Positions 18,688 to 26,506 of a stretch of DNA of 64,000 nt are shown here, in pieces. A program made the translations under genes and the position numbers. Under the pieces are notes generated by a model, which was not told where the DNA came from, did no database searches, and saw only the letters and a program-made list of their open reading frames with translations. The DNA comes from Thermoanaerobaculia bacterium (GTDB taxonomy: Bacteria > Acidobacteriota > Thermoanaerobaculia > Multivoradales > Multivoraceae). The stretch's first letter is position 1; each line of letters begins with the position of its first letter. The DNA is taken from assembly GCA_965200575.1 (NCBI GenBank), contig OZ241363.1, positions 1,616,827 through 1,680,826 on the forward strand, in the 5' to 3' direction.

Positions 18688-21600
18688 GTCATCTCTCCAC
18701 GCGGCTCGGCCACCGCAGTCCTCACCACTCGCTGCAGGAACAGCTTCGCGTCGTCCACCAGGGAATAGACCGTAGGCGTTACCAGCAGGGTCAGGAACGT
18801 CGAGGTGGTCAGTCCGCCCAGGATGACCAGCCCGACCGGCGCCCAATAGGCGGCCCGCCCCTCCGGCTGCCCGAACACCTCGGGCAGGAAGAAGGGCGCC
18901 ACCATGGGCGACAGGCCCAGAATCGTCGTGACCGCCGTCATCAGGATGGGCCGCAGCCGGTGCTTGCCGCCCACCACGATCGCCTCGTGGCGGCTCAGCC
19001 CGCTGCGACGCAGCTGGTTGATGTGGTCGATCAGGACGATCGCGTTGTTCACCACGATCCCGGCCAGGATGAACAGGCCCATGTTCGAGGAGTCGGACCG
19101 CGGCTGACCGGCCAGGTACATCATCAGCCCGACGCCGATGAAGGCGAAGGGAATGGACAGCATGATCGTGAAGGGCTGCAGGAAGTCCTCGAACAGGGCC
19201 GCCATGATCATGTAGATCAGCACGGCGGCCAGGATGAACGCGAGGACCGCCCGAGCGGCATCCTGCTCGGCCTCGGTGAAGCGCCTGCCCAGCGACCACT
19301 CGTAGCCGGACGGCAGTGGCACGTCGGCGAGCACCATCTGGACCGGACGCCGCAGCATGAACCCCGGCACCCCGCCGGCGGCCGTGGCCTCGATCTCGAC
19401 CACCGCGCGCCGATTCTCGCGCTCGACCTCGGACGGGCCGCTCTCCATCGCGAACGAGGCCAGGCTGGATATCGGCAGCGTGATCGGCGCCGATTCCTCG
19501 CCCGGGCCCGCCACCTGCACCGGCATCTTCCTCAACTGGTCAAGCGTTTCGCGGTCCTCCTCGCGGTACTGCATGACCATGCCGATCTCGCGCTCGGCGG
19601 TCTTGAACCAGGCCAGCGAGCGGCTCGACAGGGCGCTGTTCACCGTCATCGCGACCGCCTGGCTCGACAGGCCGCCCTGCAGCGCGCGCTCGCGATTCAC
19701 CGACAGCCGGATCTCGTCGTCGCCGCTCTCGAACGAGTTGTCCACGTCGCCGACGATGGGAATCTGCCGCAAACGGTCGGTGATGCGCGGCACCAGCAGC
19801 TCGAGGATGCCCACGTCGTCCCCGATCAGCTCGACGTCGACGCTGGATCTGCCGGCGCCCGGCGGTCCGAACTCGGTCTGGGCCAGCTTGAACAGGACGC
19901 CCACCCGCTCCGGCATGGCCTCGCGGATGATGTCCGTTACCTCCTGGGTGGAGAGCTCCGACTCCTCCTCCGGCTTCAGGTAGATCTCGAACCGGTTGCC
20001 GCCGCCGAAGCCCCGCGAACGCCCACCCCCGCGCCGCACCTGATGGGCGATGTCCGCGATCTCCCAGTCGTCGCGCCGGGAGTCGAGAAGGGCGTAGACC
20101 TCGTCGTAGAGCTCCAGGCGCTCGTCCATGCCCATCTGGCGCGGCGTTTCGACGAACACGGTCAGCGACCGCCCCTGAGACGGCTGGTTGAAGCTCCGCT
20201 CGATGCTCTCGTACAGAAGCCACGAGCCCCAGAGCATGAACCCGATGACCACGGTGAACAGGAAGCGGTGGCGCAGCGTGAAGCCCAGGGTCGCGCCGTA
20301 CATCTCGCTGATCCGGTCGAGCAGCCGGAACCGGCGCTTGCTCTCCGACCTGAGCAGGATGGCCGCCATCATCGGCACCACGGTGAGCGAGATGAGAAGC
20401 GACCCGAGCATCACCACGACCACGGTCGTGCCTATGTCGCCCATGAAGCTCGCGAAGCGGCCACCGCCGCCGCCGCCGACAAAGATGAGCGGCACGAACA
20501 CGCAGATGGTCGTGGCAGTCGAGCAGATGATGGGCATGGCCACGTCGCTGGTGCCCAGCAGGGCGGACTCCCTCGCGTCGTCGCCGAGTTCCTGCCGGTG
20601 GCGGAAGATGGACTCGATGACCACGATCGAGTTGTCGAGCAGCATGCCGATGGCGAGCATCAGCCCCATCAGGCTCATCACGTTCAGCGTGATGTCGGTG
20701 ACGCCCGCCTGACGGCCCAGGTACATCATCACGAAGGTCATCACCAGCGACAGCGGCACCGCCAGGGCCACCAGCAGGGTCGTCCGGAACTTGCGCAGGA
20801 ACAGGAACATGAAGACGATCGCCAGGCCGCCGCCGATCAGGCCGCTGCGGCTCAGCTCGGTCAGCCCCTGGTTCACGTCGACCGAGGCGTCGTGGAAGTG
20901 ACGTACCTCGAGGCCCTCGCCCTCGGGAGTCGCCTGAATGGCCTCCAGCTCGCCCTTGACCCGGTTGACGACGGCCAGCAGGTTGGCGTCCGAGTTCTTG
21001 TTCACCGCCATGGCGATCGCCTCGGCGCCGTTCAGGAAGCTGTACTCGTACTTGTCCGGATAGCCGAACTTCACGTCGGCGATGTCGCCCACCCGGAGGC
21101 CGTCTGCCCGAATCGGCATCCGGCGAATCTCGTCCGCGCTCTGGAACTCGCCAACCGTGCGCACCAGCAGGCGGCGGCTGCCCTCGCGCAGGTAGCCCCC
21201 CGACACGTTCACGTGGTTGCTCTGCAGCGCCTGGCGCAGCTCGCGCACGTCCACGCCATGGGCGGCCATGCGATCCGGCAGCAGCTCGATGCGGAGCTCG
21301 CGGCTCATCATGCCCCGCACCCGCGCCTGCGCCACGCCGTCCAGGCGCTCGATACGCGGCAGAAGCACGTCCTCCACGAAGTCGTTCAGCTCCTCCTGCG
21401 TCCACGGCGCGCTCAGACTGCTGCGCAGCACCGGGATGTCCGTGCTCTGGAACCGGCGCACGAAGATCTGCTCGATGTCACCCGGCAGCTGGTCGCGGAC
21501 GCGGTCGATCCGGTCACGGACGTCGACCGCCGCCAGCTCCATGTCCGTGCCTTCCTGAAACTCGACGTCGACCGATGCCGAACTGCCGCTCGCCCTCGAA

Positions 21601-21968
21601 CTCAGCACCTTGACGCCGTTGATGGTGCCCAGGCTGTCCTCGAGCGGCCAGATGATGGACCGCTCCACCTCCTCCGGCGAGGACGACTGATACGGAATCT
21701 CCACCGAGATGCTGGACGACTCGAACATCGGCAGGAACTCGAGCGGCAACCGGGAAAGCGACAGCCAGCCCAGGACCAGCACGCCCAGCGTCGCCATGAA
21801 CATGGTCACCCGACGCTCCACCGCGAATCGGATGATCGGATGCACGCGGCGGTGTTGCAGCAGCACCCCGTACGCGGTTGGCGGGGTCTTCGGCGTCGGC
21901 TCGCCTCCCGGCGCCGGGGCAGCCGGATCCTGATCTGCCGGACGGTTTCCCGGTTCGTCCATCGTCAT
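18684..21968 (-). CDS. Efflux RND transporter permease subunit (first permease of the operon)
   Basis: 1094 aa. Motifs IRFAVERRVTMFMATLGVLVLG and TM4 AIGMLLDNSIVVIESIFRH. ATG 21968 overlaps the upstream stop (ATGA at 21965-21968). Confidence 0.9.
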   Translation of the reverse strand: MTMDEPGNRPADQDPAAPAPGGEPTPKTPPTAYGVLLQHRRVHPIIRFAVERRVTMFMATLGVLVLGWLSLSRLPLEFLPMFESSSISVEIPYQSSSPEEVERSIIWPLEDSLGTINGVKVLSSRASGSSASVDVEFQEGTDMELAAVDVRDRIDRVRDQLPGDIEQIFVRRFQSTDIPVLRSSLSAPWTQEELNDFVEDVLLPRIERLDGVAQARVRGMMSRELRIELLPDRMAAHGVDVRELRQALQSNHVNVSGGYLREGSRRLLVRTVGEFQSADEIRRMPIRADGLRVGDIADVKFGYPDKYEYSFLNGAEAIAMAVNKNSDANLLAVVNRVKGELEAIQATPEGEGLEVRHFHDASVDVNQGLTELSRSGLIGGGLAIVFMFLFLRKFRTTLLVALAVPLSLVMTFVMMYLGRQAGVTDITLNVMSLMGLMLAIGMLLDNSIVVIESIFRHRQELGDDARESALLGTSDVAMPIICSTATTICVFVPLIFVGGGGGGRFASFMGDIGTTVVVVMLGSLLISLTVVPMMAAILLRSESKRRFRLLDRISEMYGATLGFTLRHRFLFTVVIGFMLWGSWLLYESIERSFNQPSQGRSLTVFVETPRQMGMDERLELYDEVYALLDSRRDDWEIADIAHQVRRGGGRSRGFGGGNRFEIYLKPEEESELSTQEVTDIIREAMPERVGVLFKLAQTEFGPPGAGRSSVDVELIGDDVGILELLVPRITDRLRQIPIVGDVDNSFESGDDEIRLSVNRERALQGGLSSQAVAMTVNSALSSRSLAWFKTAEREIGMVMQYREEDRETLDQLRKMPVQVAGPGEESAPITLPISSLASFAMESGPSEVERENRRAVVEIEATAAGGVPGFMLRRPVQMVLADVPLPSGYEWSLGRRFTEAEQDAARAVLAFILAAVLIYMIMAALFEDFLQPFTIMLSIPFAFIGVGLMMYLAGQPRSDSSNMGLFILAGIVVNNAIVLIDHINQLRRSGLSRHEAIVVGGKHRLRPILMTAVTTILGLSPMVAPFFLPEVFGQPEGRAAYWAPVGLVILGGLTTSTFLTLLVTPTVYSLVDDAKLFLQRVVRTAVAEPRGEMT

Positions 21969-22597
21969 CGTCCCTGCTCGCCGCGGTCGGCCGGCCGACT
22001 TCCCGGCCCGTCGTCGTCGCGGTCGTCGTCATCATGGTCGTGCCGGCGGCCGCGTTCCAGCAGCTCGGCGCGCATCTCGTCGAACCGGTGCATCTGATCG
22101 GGGCGAAGCAGCTCGGCCACCTGCTGATGGAAGTCGCGCTGCATGGCGCAGAACTCGTCCCGGGCACCCGCCCAGTAGCTTCGACCCCGCGTCATGGCAT
22201 CCTCCACAAGCACCGAGAGCGCCGCCGTCTGCTCCGGGTCCAGCTCCAGGCGCTTCGCCATCCGGTCCGCCACGCGCGCGCCGTGTCCATGTGCACGCTC
22301 GCGCGGCCGGTCGTCGAGCGCGCCGCCGTCCAGCTGCTCCCCGGCCGATTCGGGCGTTTGCCCGCTCGCGGTCGGCTCGCCGCCCGTCGGATGGTCCACC
22401 GCCCGGCCACCGCCGTCGTCGCAATCGAAGTGGAACATCGAGGGCGGTCTGCCGTCCCCGTGACCTCCGCGCCGATCGCCCCGGCCGCCGTCGTCGTCCA
22501 TCAGCCGGTCGGCAGCCAGGCCGGCCGCCAGGCCAACGATCAGCACCGATCCGAGGGCCACGCCCATCCAGAGCCTCGCCGGGCCGCTCGGCATCAT
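21965..22597 (-). CDS. Membrane-anchored periplasmic LTxxQ-motif protein (Spy/CpxP/CnrX-like, heavy-metal-sensor type), His/Asp-rich
   Basis: Start MM at 22597 overlaps the anti-sigma stop (ATGA). TM anchor LWMGVALGSVLIVGLAAGLAA, then an acidic/His linker (GGHGDGRPPSMFHFDCDD). A helical part carries LELDPEQTAAL and LLRPDQMHRFDEM (LTxxQ-like), followed by the tail RRHDHDDDDRDDD. The upstream part of track ORF 21965..22948 is shadow. Confidence 0.5.
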   Translation of the reverse strand: MMPSGPARLWMGVALGSVLIVGLAAGLAADRLMDDDGGRGDRRGGHGDGRPPSMFHFDCDDGGGRAVDHPTGGEPTASGQTPESAGEQLDGGALDDRPRERAHGHGARVADRMAKRLELDPEQTAALSVLVEDAMTRGRSYWAGARDEFCAMQRDFHQQVAELLRPDQMHRFDEMRAELLERGRRHDHDDDDRDDDGPGSRPADRGEQGR

Positions 22598-23043
22598 GGC
22601 CGCCCCTGCGGCTCGTAGAGAACGGTCAGCAGTTCGAACCCGGCGTCGTCCGTCACCATGGCGAGGCTGGCCACGCCGGTCTCCTCCAGCACCGCGGCGA
22701 ACGGATCGTCGACGGCGGTGTCGAAGGCCATCGACGCCGGCACGGACGCCGCCGGCTCCGGCTCTGCCGCCCGCGAGCCGGCGCCGAGCGTCATGACCAA
22801 CGCGGCAACCGCCGCCAGCGCTCCGGCCGGCAGGACGCGCAGGGCGAGAGCGCGCCAGGGAGCGCCCTGAACGGCGCCCTGCCGCCAGCGTTCCCTGCGG
22901 GCCCGAAACCGGGCGACAAAACCCGGGTCGGCCGGCGCGTGCATGCACTCCTCGCGCAGCTGTTTGAAGATCGCTTCCAGGCGATCGCCCGCACCGTCGC
23001 GGGGTGTCGCTCCAGGCCCGAAAGGCCGTTTCCTCCCAGTCAT
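22594..23043 (-). CDS. Putative anti-sigma factor, single TM
   Basis: ATG 23043 overlaps the sigma-factor stop (ATGA at 23040-23043). 149 aa with a cytoplasmic N-terminus (LEAIFKQLREECMHAP), one TM (ALALRVLPAGALAAVAALVMTLGA) and a periplasmic tail. The call rests on position and topology only; no zf-HC2 motif is present. Confidence 0.5.
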   Translation of the reverse strand: MTGRKRPFGPGATPRDGAGDRLEAIFKQLREECMHAPADPGFVARFRARRERWRQGAVQGAPWRALALRVLPAGALAAVAALVMTLGAGSRAAEPEPAASVPASMAFDTAVDDPFAAVLEETGVASLAMVTDDAGFELLTVLYEPQGRP

Positions 23044-23792
23044 CCCGTACCTCCCTCCGTCCTGCGCGGCGACGGTTCTTCCAGCAGGCGCCGCAGCTTC
23101 CGCCGACCGCGATGGACCCGGATCTGCGCCGTGCCGACCGGGCAGTCGAGAAGCGCGGCGATCTCCACGTACTTCATTCCCGCCACGTCCTTCAGCACGA
23201 CTGCCGTCCGCTGGCTCTGCGAGAGCCGGGCCAGGGCCCGACCCAGATTGCGCCGCAGCAAGCCCGACTCGACGGCGGACTCGGCGCCAGGAGCCGGGAT
23301 CTCCGCCACGGTCTCCTGGTCCGCGCCCGGATCCATGAACCGTCGCCAGCGTGCCTTGCGCCGCAGCTCGTCGTGCGCGCGGTTGATGGCGATGCGGTAG
23401 AGCCAGCTCCTGAAAGCGGCCGGCTCGCCCAGACCGTCCAGCTTGCGCCACGCGAGCAGGAAGGCGTCCTGGGCGACGTCTCCGGCGACCTCCCAGTCCA
23501 GCACGTAGCCGTAGACCAGCTTCCGCAGCGGGGTTTCGTGGCGGCGGACCAGGGCGTCGAAGGCGCCGTCGTCGCCATTCCTGGCCCGGCCCACGAGTGC
23601 CGCGTCGTCGGCCCGGGTCTTCCCCCGGTCATCTCCGGGGGGCTTCTCCTGAACCCGTGCCGAGCCGTCTGCCGCGCTGTTCGCCGCGGCGTCCACGTCG
23701 CTTGGCGGGGCACGCAGCGGGTCGACCGACTCCCTGGTCGACCCGTCGCCCGGCGGTTTTCCGGCTGGCAAGTCATCGTCCTCTCGGTTCAA
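23040..23792 (-). CDS. ECF-type RNA polymerase sigma-70 factor
   Basis: Region 2: VAGDVAQDAFLLAWRKLDGLGEPAAFRSWLYRIAINRAHDELRRK. Region 4: LSQSQRTAVVLKDVAGMKYVEIAALLDCPVGTAQIRVHRGRRKLRRLL. Start is uncertain. TTG 23792 overlaps the cca stop (TTGA), and later GTG codons are also possible. Confidence 0.85.
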   Translation of the reverse strand: MNREDDDLPAGKPPGDGSTRESVDPLRAPPSDVDAAANSAADGSARVQEKPPGDDRGKTRADDAALVGRARNGDDGAFDALVRRHETPLRKLVYGYVLDWEVAGDVAQDAFLLAWRKLDGLGEPAAFRSWLYRIAINRAHDELRRKARWRRFMDPGADQETVAEIPAPGAESAVESGLLRRNLGRALARLSQSQRTAVVLKDVAGMKYVEIAALLDCPVGTAQIRVHRGRRKLRRLLEEPSPRRTEGGTG

Positions 23793-25222
23793 GGACGCCC
23801 CGCCCGCTGCCCTTGTTTCCCATCGTCGTCCATGCCCCTCCTCACGAGCAGCCGGTCGAGGAACCTGAGACCAGCCGCCCTGTCCCCGAAGGCGCCGTCC
23901 AGCTGCGCCCGGTAGCAGCGCTCGACCAGGTCGCCAATCTCGGGCCCCGGCGCCAGGCCGCGCTCGACGAGGTCCCGGCCGAGGACCAGTCTGCTCGGCG
24001 CCCGGTCCGCGATCCGAAGCGCCTCCGCGCGCTCCAGCAGCCAGTCGCAATCCGGGCAGTCCGCGGGTGGCAGCGGCGGTCGACCGTTCGCGTCCGCCCG
24101 CGCAAGTCGCACCAGCCTGTCGATGCGTCCGACCCGGCGCGCCAGCCGCCGCACCGCCGCGTCCCCGGCCCCGGCCTCGAACAGTTGCCTGGGCTTCAGG
24201 TGGTCGACCACGAGCCGCACCACATCGTCGGCCAGGCCGCGCCGGTTCGTCAGGCGGGCCAGAAAGCTCCGGGTGGGCGCCTCGCCGGCCGCCTCGTGGC
24301 CACGCGACCGCAGCCTGCCGCCGGAACGGACCGTGGTGGCTGGCTTGCCCAGGTCGTGGCAGAGGCAGGCCAGCCCGACCACCAGGTCCTCCTCGTCGTC
24401 GCCAACACGGGCCACCGCGTACGCATCGAGCACGTGGCCGGTGTGCGTCCAGACGTCGCCCTCCGGGTGCCACCCCGGATCCTGCTCGCAGCCAACAAGG
24501 GCCCGAAGCTCCGGATACCCCCCAAGCCAGCCGGTCGCTTCGAGGAACCTCAGGCCCCGGCCGATGCGCTCGCCCAGGAGCAGCAGCTTGCGCCACTCCT
24601 CGAACACGCGTTCGCGGCCGAGGCTGCGCCAGTCGATGCGGGCGCAGATCTCGACCGTGTCCGGGTCCGCTTCGAGGCCGAGCCGAGCCAGCAGCTGCAT
24701 CCCGCGCAGCACGCGGAGCGGATCCTCGGCGAATCGATGTGAGCCGTGCCGGAGGCGGCGCCGCACCAGATCAACGCGCCCTCCGAGCGGATCGGCCACG
24801 GTCTCCGCGAGCGGGTCGTACGAGATGGCGTTGACCGTGAAGTCGCGCCTGAGCGCCGCTTCCTCCACCGTCATGTCCGGGTCGGCATGGACGACGAAGT
24901 CACGATGGCCGGCGCCAACGCTGACCTCGCGTCTCGGCAGGGCCACGTCGATGGGCAGGCCGCGGATCCTGGCGACCGAGAAGGCGCGCCCCACCCGGTC
25001 CACCGGCAGCCCGAGCGCCGAGAGCAGGCGGTCGATCTCCTCGGCGGCCAGGCCGAACGCCTCCAGGTCGAACTCGTCGAATGGCCGCTGCAGAAGCGCG
25101 TCGCGCACCGCTCCGCCGACCACACGCACGGACCCGCCCCGCTCCGCCGCGGCGCGGGAGATCCGCAGCACCTGCGACCAGGCCGGATGACGCGCAAGGC
25201 AAGAGCCAGGATCCGCAACCAC
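23789..25222 (-). CDS. cca: CCA-adding enzyme / poly(A) polymerase-family nucleotidyltransferase with HD domain
   Basis: Head-domain motif RVVGGAVRDALLQRPFDEFDLEAFG and HD domain LACLCHDLGKP. GTG start at 25222. Confidence 0.8.
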   Translation of the reverse strand: MVADPGSCLARHPAWSQVLRISRAAAERGGSVRVVGGAVRDALLQRPFDEFDLEAFGLAAEEIDRLLSALGLPVDRVGRAFSVARIRGLPIDVALPRREVSVGAGHRDFVVHADPDMTVEEAALRRDFTVNAISYDPLAETVADPLGGRVDLVRRRLRHGSHRFAEDPLRVLRGMQLLARLGLEADPDTVEICARIDWRSLGRERVFEEWRKLLLLGERIGRGLRFLEATGWLGGYPELRALVGCEQDPGWHPEGDVWTHTGHVLDAYAVARVGDDEEDLVVGLACLCHDLGKPATTVRSGGRLRSRGHEAAGEAPTRSFLARLTNRRGLADDVVRLVVDHLKPRQLFEAGAGDAAVRRLARRVGRIDRLVRLARADANGRPPLPPADCPDCDWLLERAEALRIADRAPSRLVLGRDLVERGLAPGPEIGDLVERCYRAQLDGAFGDRAAGLRFLDRLLVRRGMDDDGKQGQRAGRP

Positions 25223-25355
25223 GGCTCTGGTAGTCTACGGTGCGTTCACGGGGCCGCCGCATTCCCGTCTCGCCAAGGAAGGCCCGGGGGCTCAGGGGAA
25301 GCGCGCCGGTTCGCACGACCAGCAGGCTGAAGGCACCAGGCTGAAGGAGGAGACG

Positions 25356-26471
25356 ATGAAGTCGATTCGCCAACCGTTGACCTCGCAGGGGAACCCGCCC
25401 AACTCATCGTGCGCGGCCGCCGACCGGAGCGTCGCGACGTCAGCCCTCCGCGGCGCCGGCGTCGTGGTGGCGGGCGTCTGCTTTGCTCTCGCCTTCGCGT
25501 CGCCGGCGGCGGCCCAGCTGCCGGGCACCGTGTACGGCCAGATCTTCGACGCCGTCACCGGCGATCCGATCGAGGAGGTGGAGATCATCTTCACCAACCC
25601 GGAGGCGCCCAGCTTCCGCGAGGTGCACAAGTCAGGCCGGAACGGACGCTTCCGGATCATGATCAAGAACGTCGTCACCCACGAGCGCAGCGGCTTCACC
25701 GTCGAGCTCAAGAAGGACGGCTACCAGTCCCGCCGGGTCGGCAACGTCCGCATTCCGGCCCGCCAGGAGACGAGGCTGAGCCAGCTCTCCGGCGGCGGCG
25801 ACTGGAACCTGACCTCGGTGGACGATGCGCTCGAGCAGCAGGCCCAGCTCGGAGCGGCCGCGGGCGAAGCGCCGACCATCGATCCGGAAGCCGAAGCGCG
25901 CGGGAGCGCCATCAAGCTCTACAACCAGGGCAGCAACGCCCTGAACTCGGGCGACTGGGAGACCGCCGAGTTCATGTTCCAGAGCGCGCTGGAGAAGAAG
26001 GCAGACCTGACCTCGGCGATGGGCGGCCTCGCCCGCGTCTACAGCGAGAAAGGCGACCACGTGCGCGCGGTCGAGAACGCGGAGAAGGTGGTCGCCGCCG
26101 GCGAGGACCTCGAGAACATGAACCAGATCCTCTACGCCGGCTACATCGCGCTCGGCGAGGAGGAGAAGGCAGCGGCGGCGCTCGCCAACCTGCAGACCTC
26201 GGACCCGGAGAGGGCCTCGAAGAACCTCTACAACGAGGCCGCCGACCTCTACAACTCCGGTTCCATCGCGGAGGCCGCGGCCAAGCTGGAGCAGGTCATC
26301 GAGTTCAACCCGAACCATCCCGAGGCCACGAACATGCTCGGCCTCTGCTACGCCTCGCTCGAGCGGAACGACGACGCGCTCGCCCTGTTCCGGAAGTTCA
26401 TCGAGCTGGCGCCGGACCACCCTGAAGTGGCCACGGCCCAGGCGATGATCGAGTACTACGAGTCCCTCTGA
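25356..26471 (+). CDS. Secreted carboxypeptidase-regulatory-like domain plus TPR repeat protein
   Basis: Strong RBS GAAGGAGG at 25343-25350. LPGTVYGQIFDAVTGDPIEEVEIIF matches the CarboxypepD_reg-like fold. The C-terminal half consists of TPR-like repeats (AEFMFQSALEKKADL..., ATNMLGLCYASLERNDDALALFRKFIELAP). Confidence 0.7.
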   Translation: MKSIRQPLTSQGNPPNSSCAAADRSVATSALRGAGVVVAGVCFALAFASPAAAQLPGTVYGQIFDAVTGDPIEEVEIIFTNPEAPSFREVHKSGRNGRFRIMIKNVVTHERSGFTVELKKDGYQSRRVGNVRIPARQETRLSQLSGGGDWNLTSVDDALEQQAQLGAAAGEAPTIDPEAEARGSAIKLYNQGSNALNSGDWETAEFMFQSALEKKADLTSAMGGLARVYSEKGDHVRAVENAEKVVAAGEDLENMNQILYAGYIALGEEEKAAAALANLQTSDPERASKNLYNEAADLYNSGSIAEAAAKLEQVIEFNPNHPEATNMLGLCYASLERNDDALALFRKFIELAPDHPEVATAQAMIEYYESL

Positions 26472-26506
26472 GCGGAGTCCTCCTGCAACGAATCCGGGGC
26501 CATCCG

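Noticed and set aside
14200-22097. Plus-strand ORFs 14200..17085 (961 aa) and 18675..22097 (1140 aa)
   Set aside because: They are antisense shadows of the two RND permease genes. Their His/Arg/Asp/Gln-rich composition arises from reading GC-rich codons backwards.
22630-22660. tRNA-like T-loop sequence (agttcgaaccc)
   Set aside because: The flanking bases do not form a T-stem or an acceptor stem, and the site lies inside the anti-sigma coding region. I detected no tRNA anywhere in the window.
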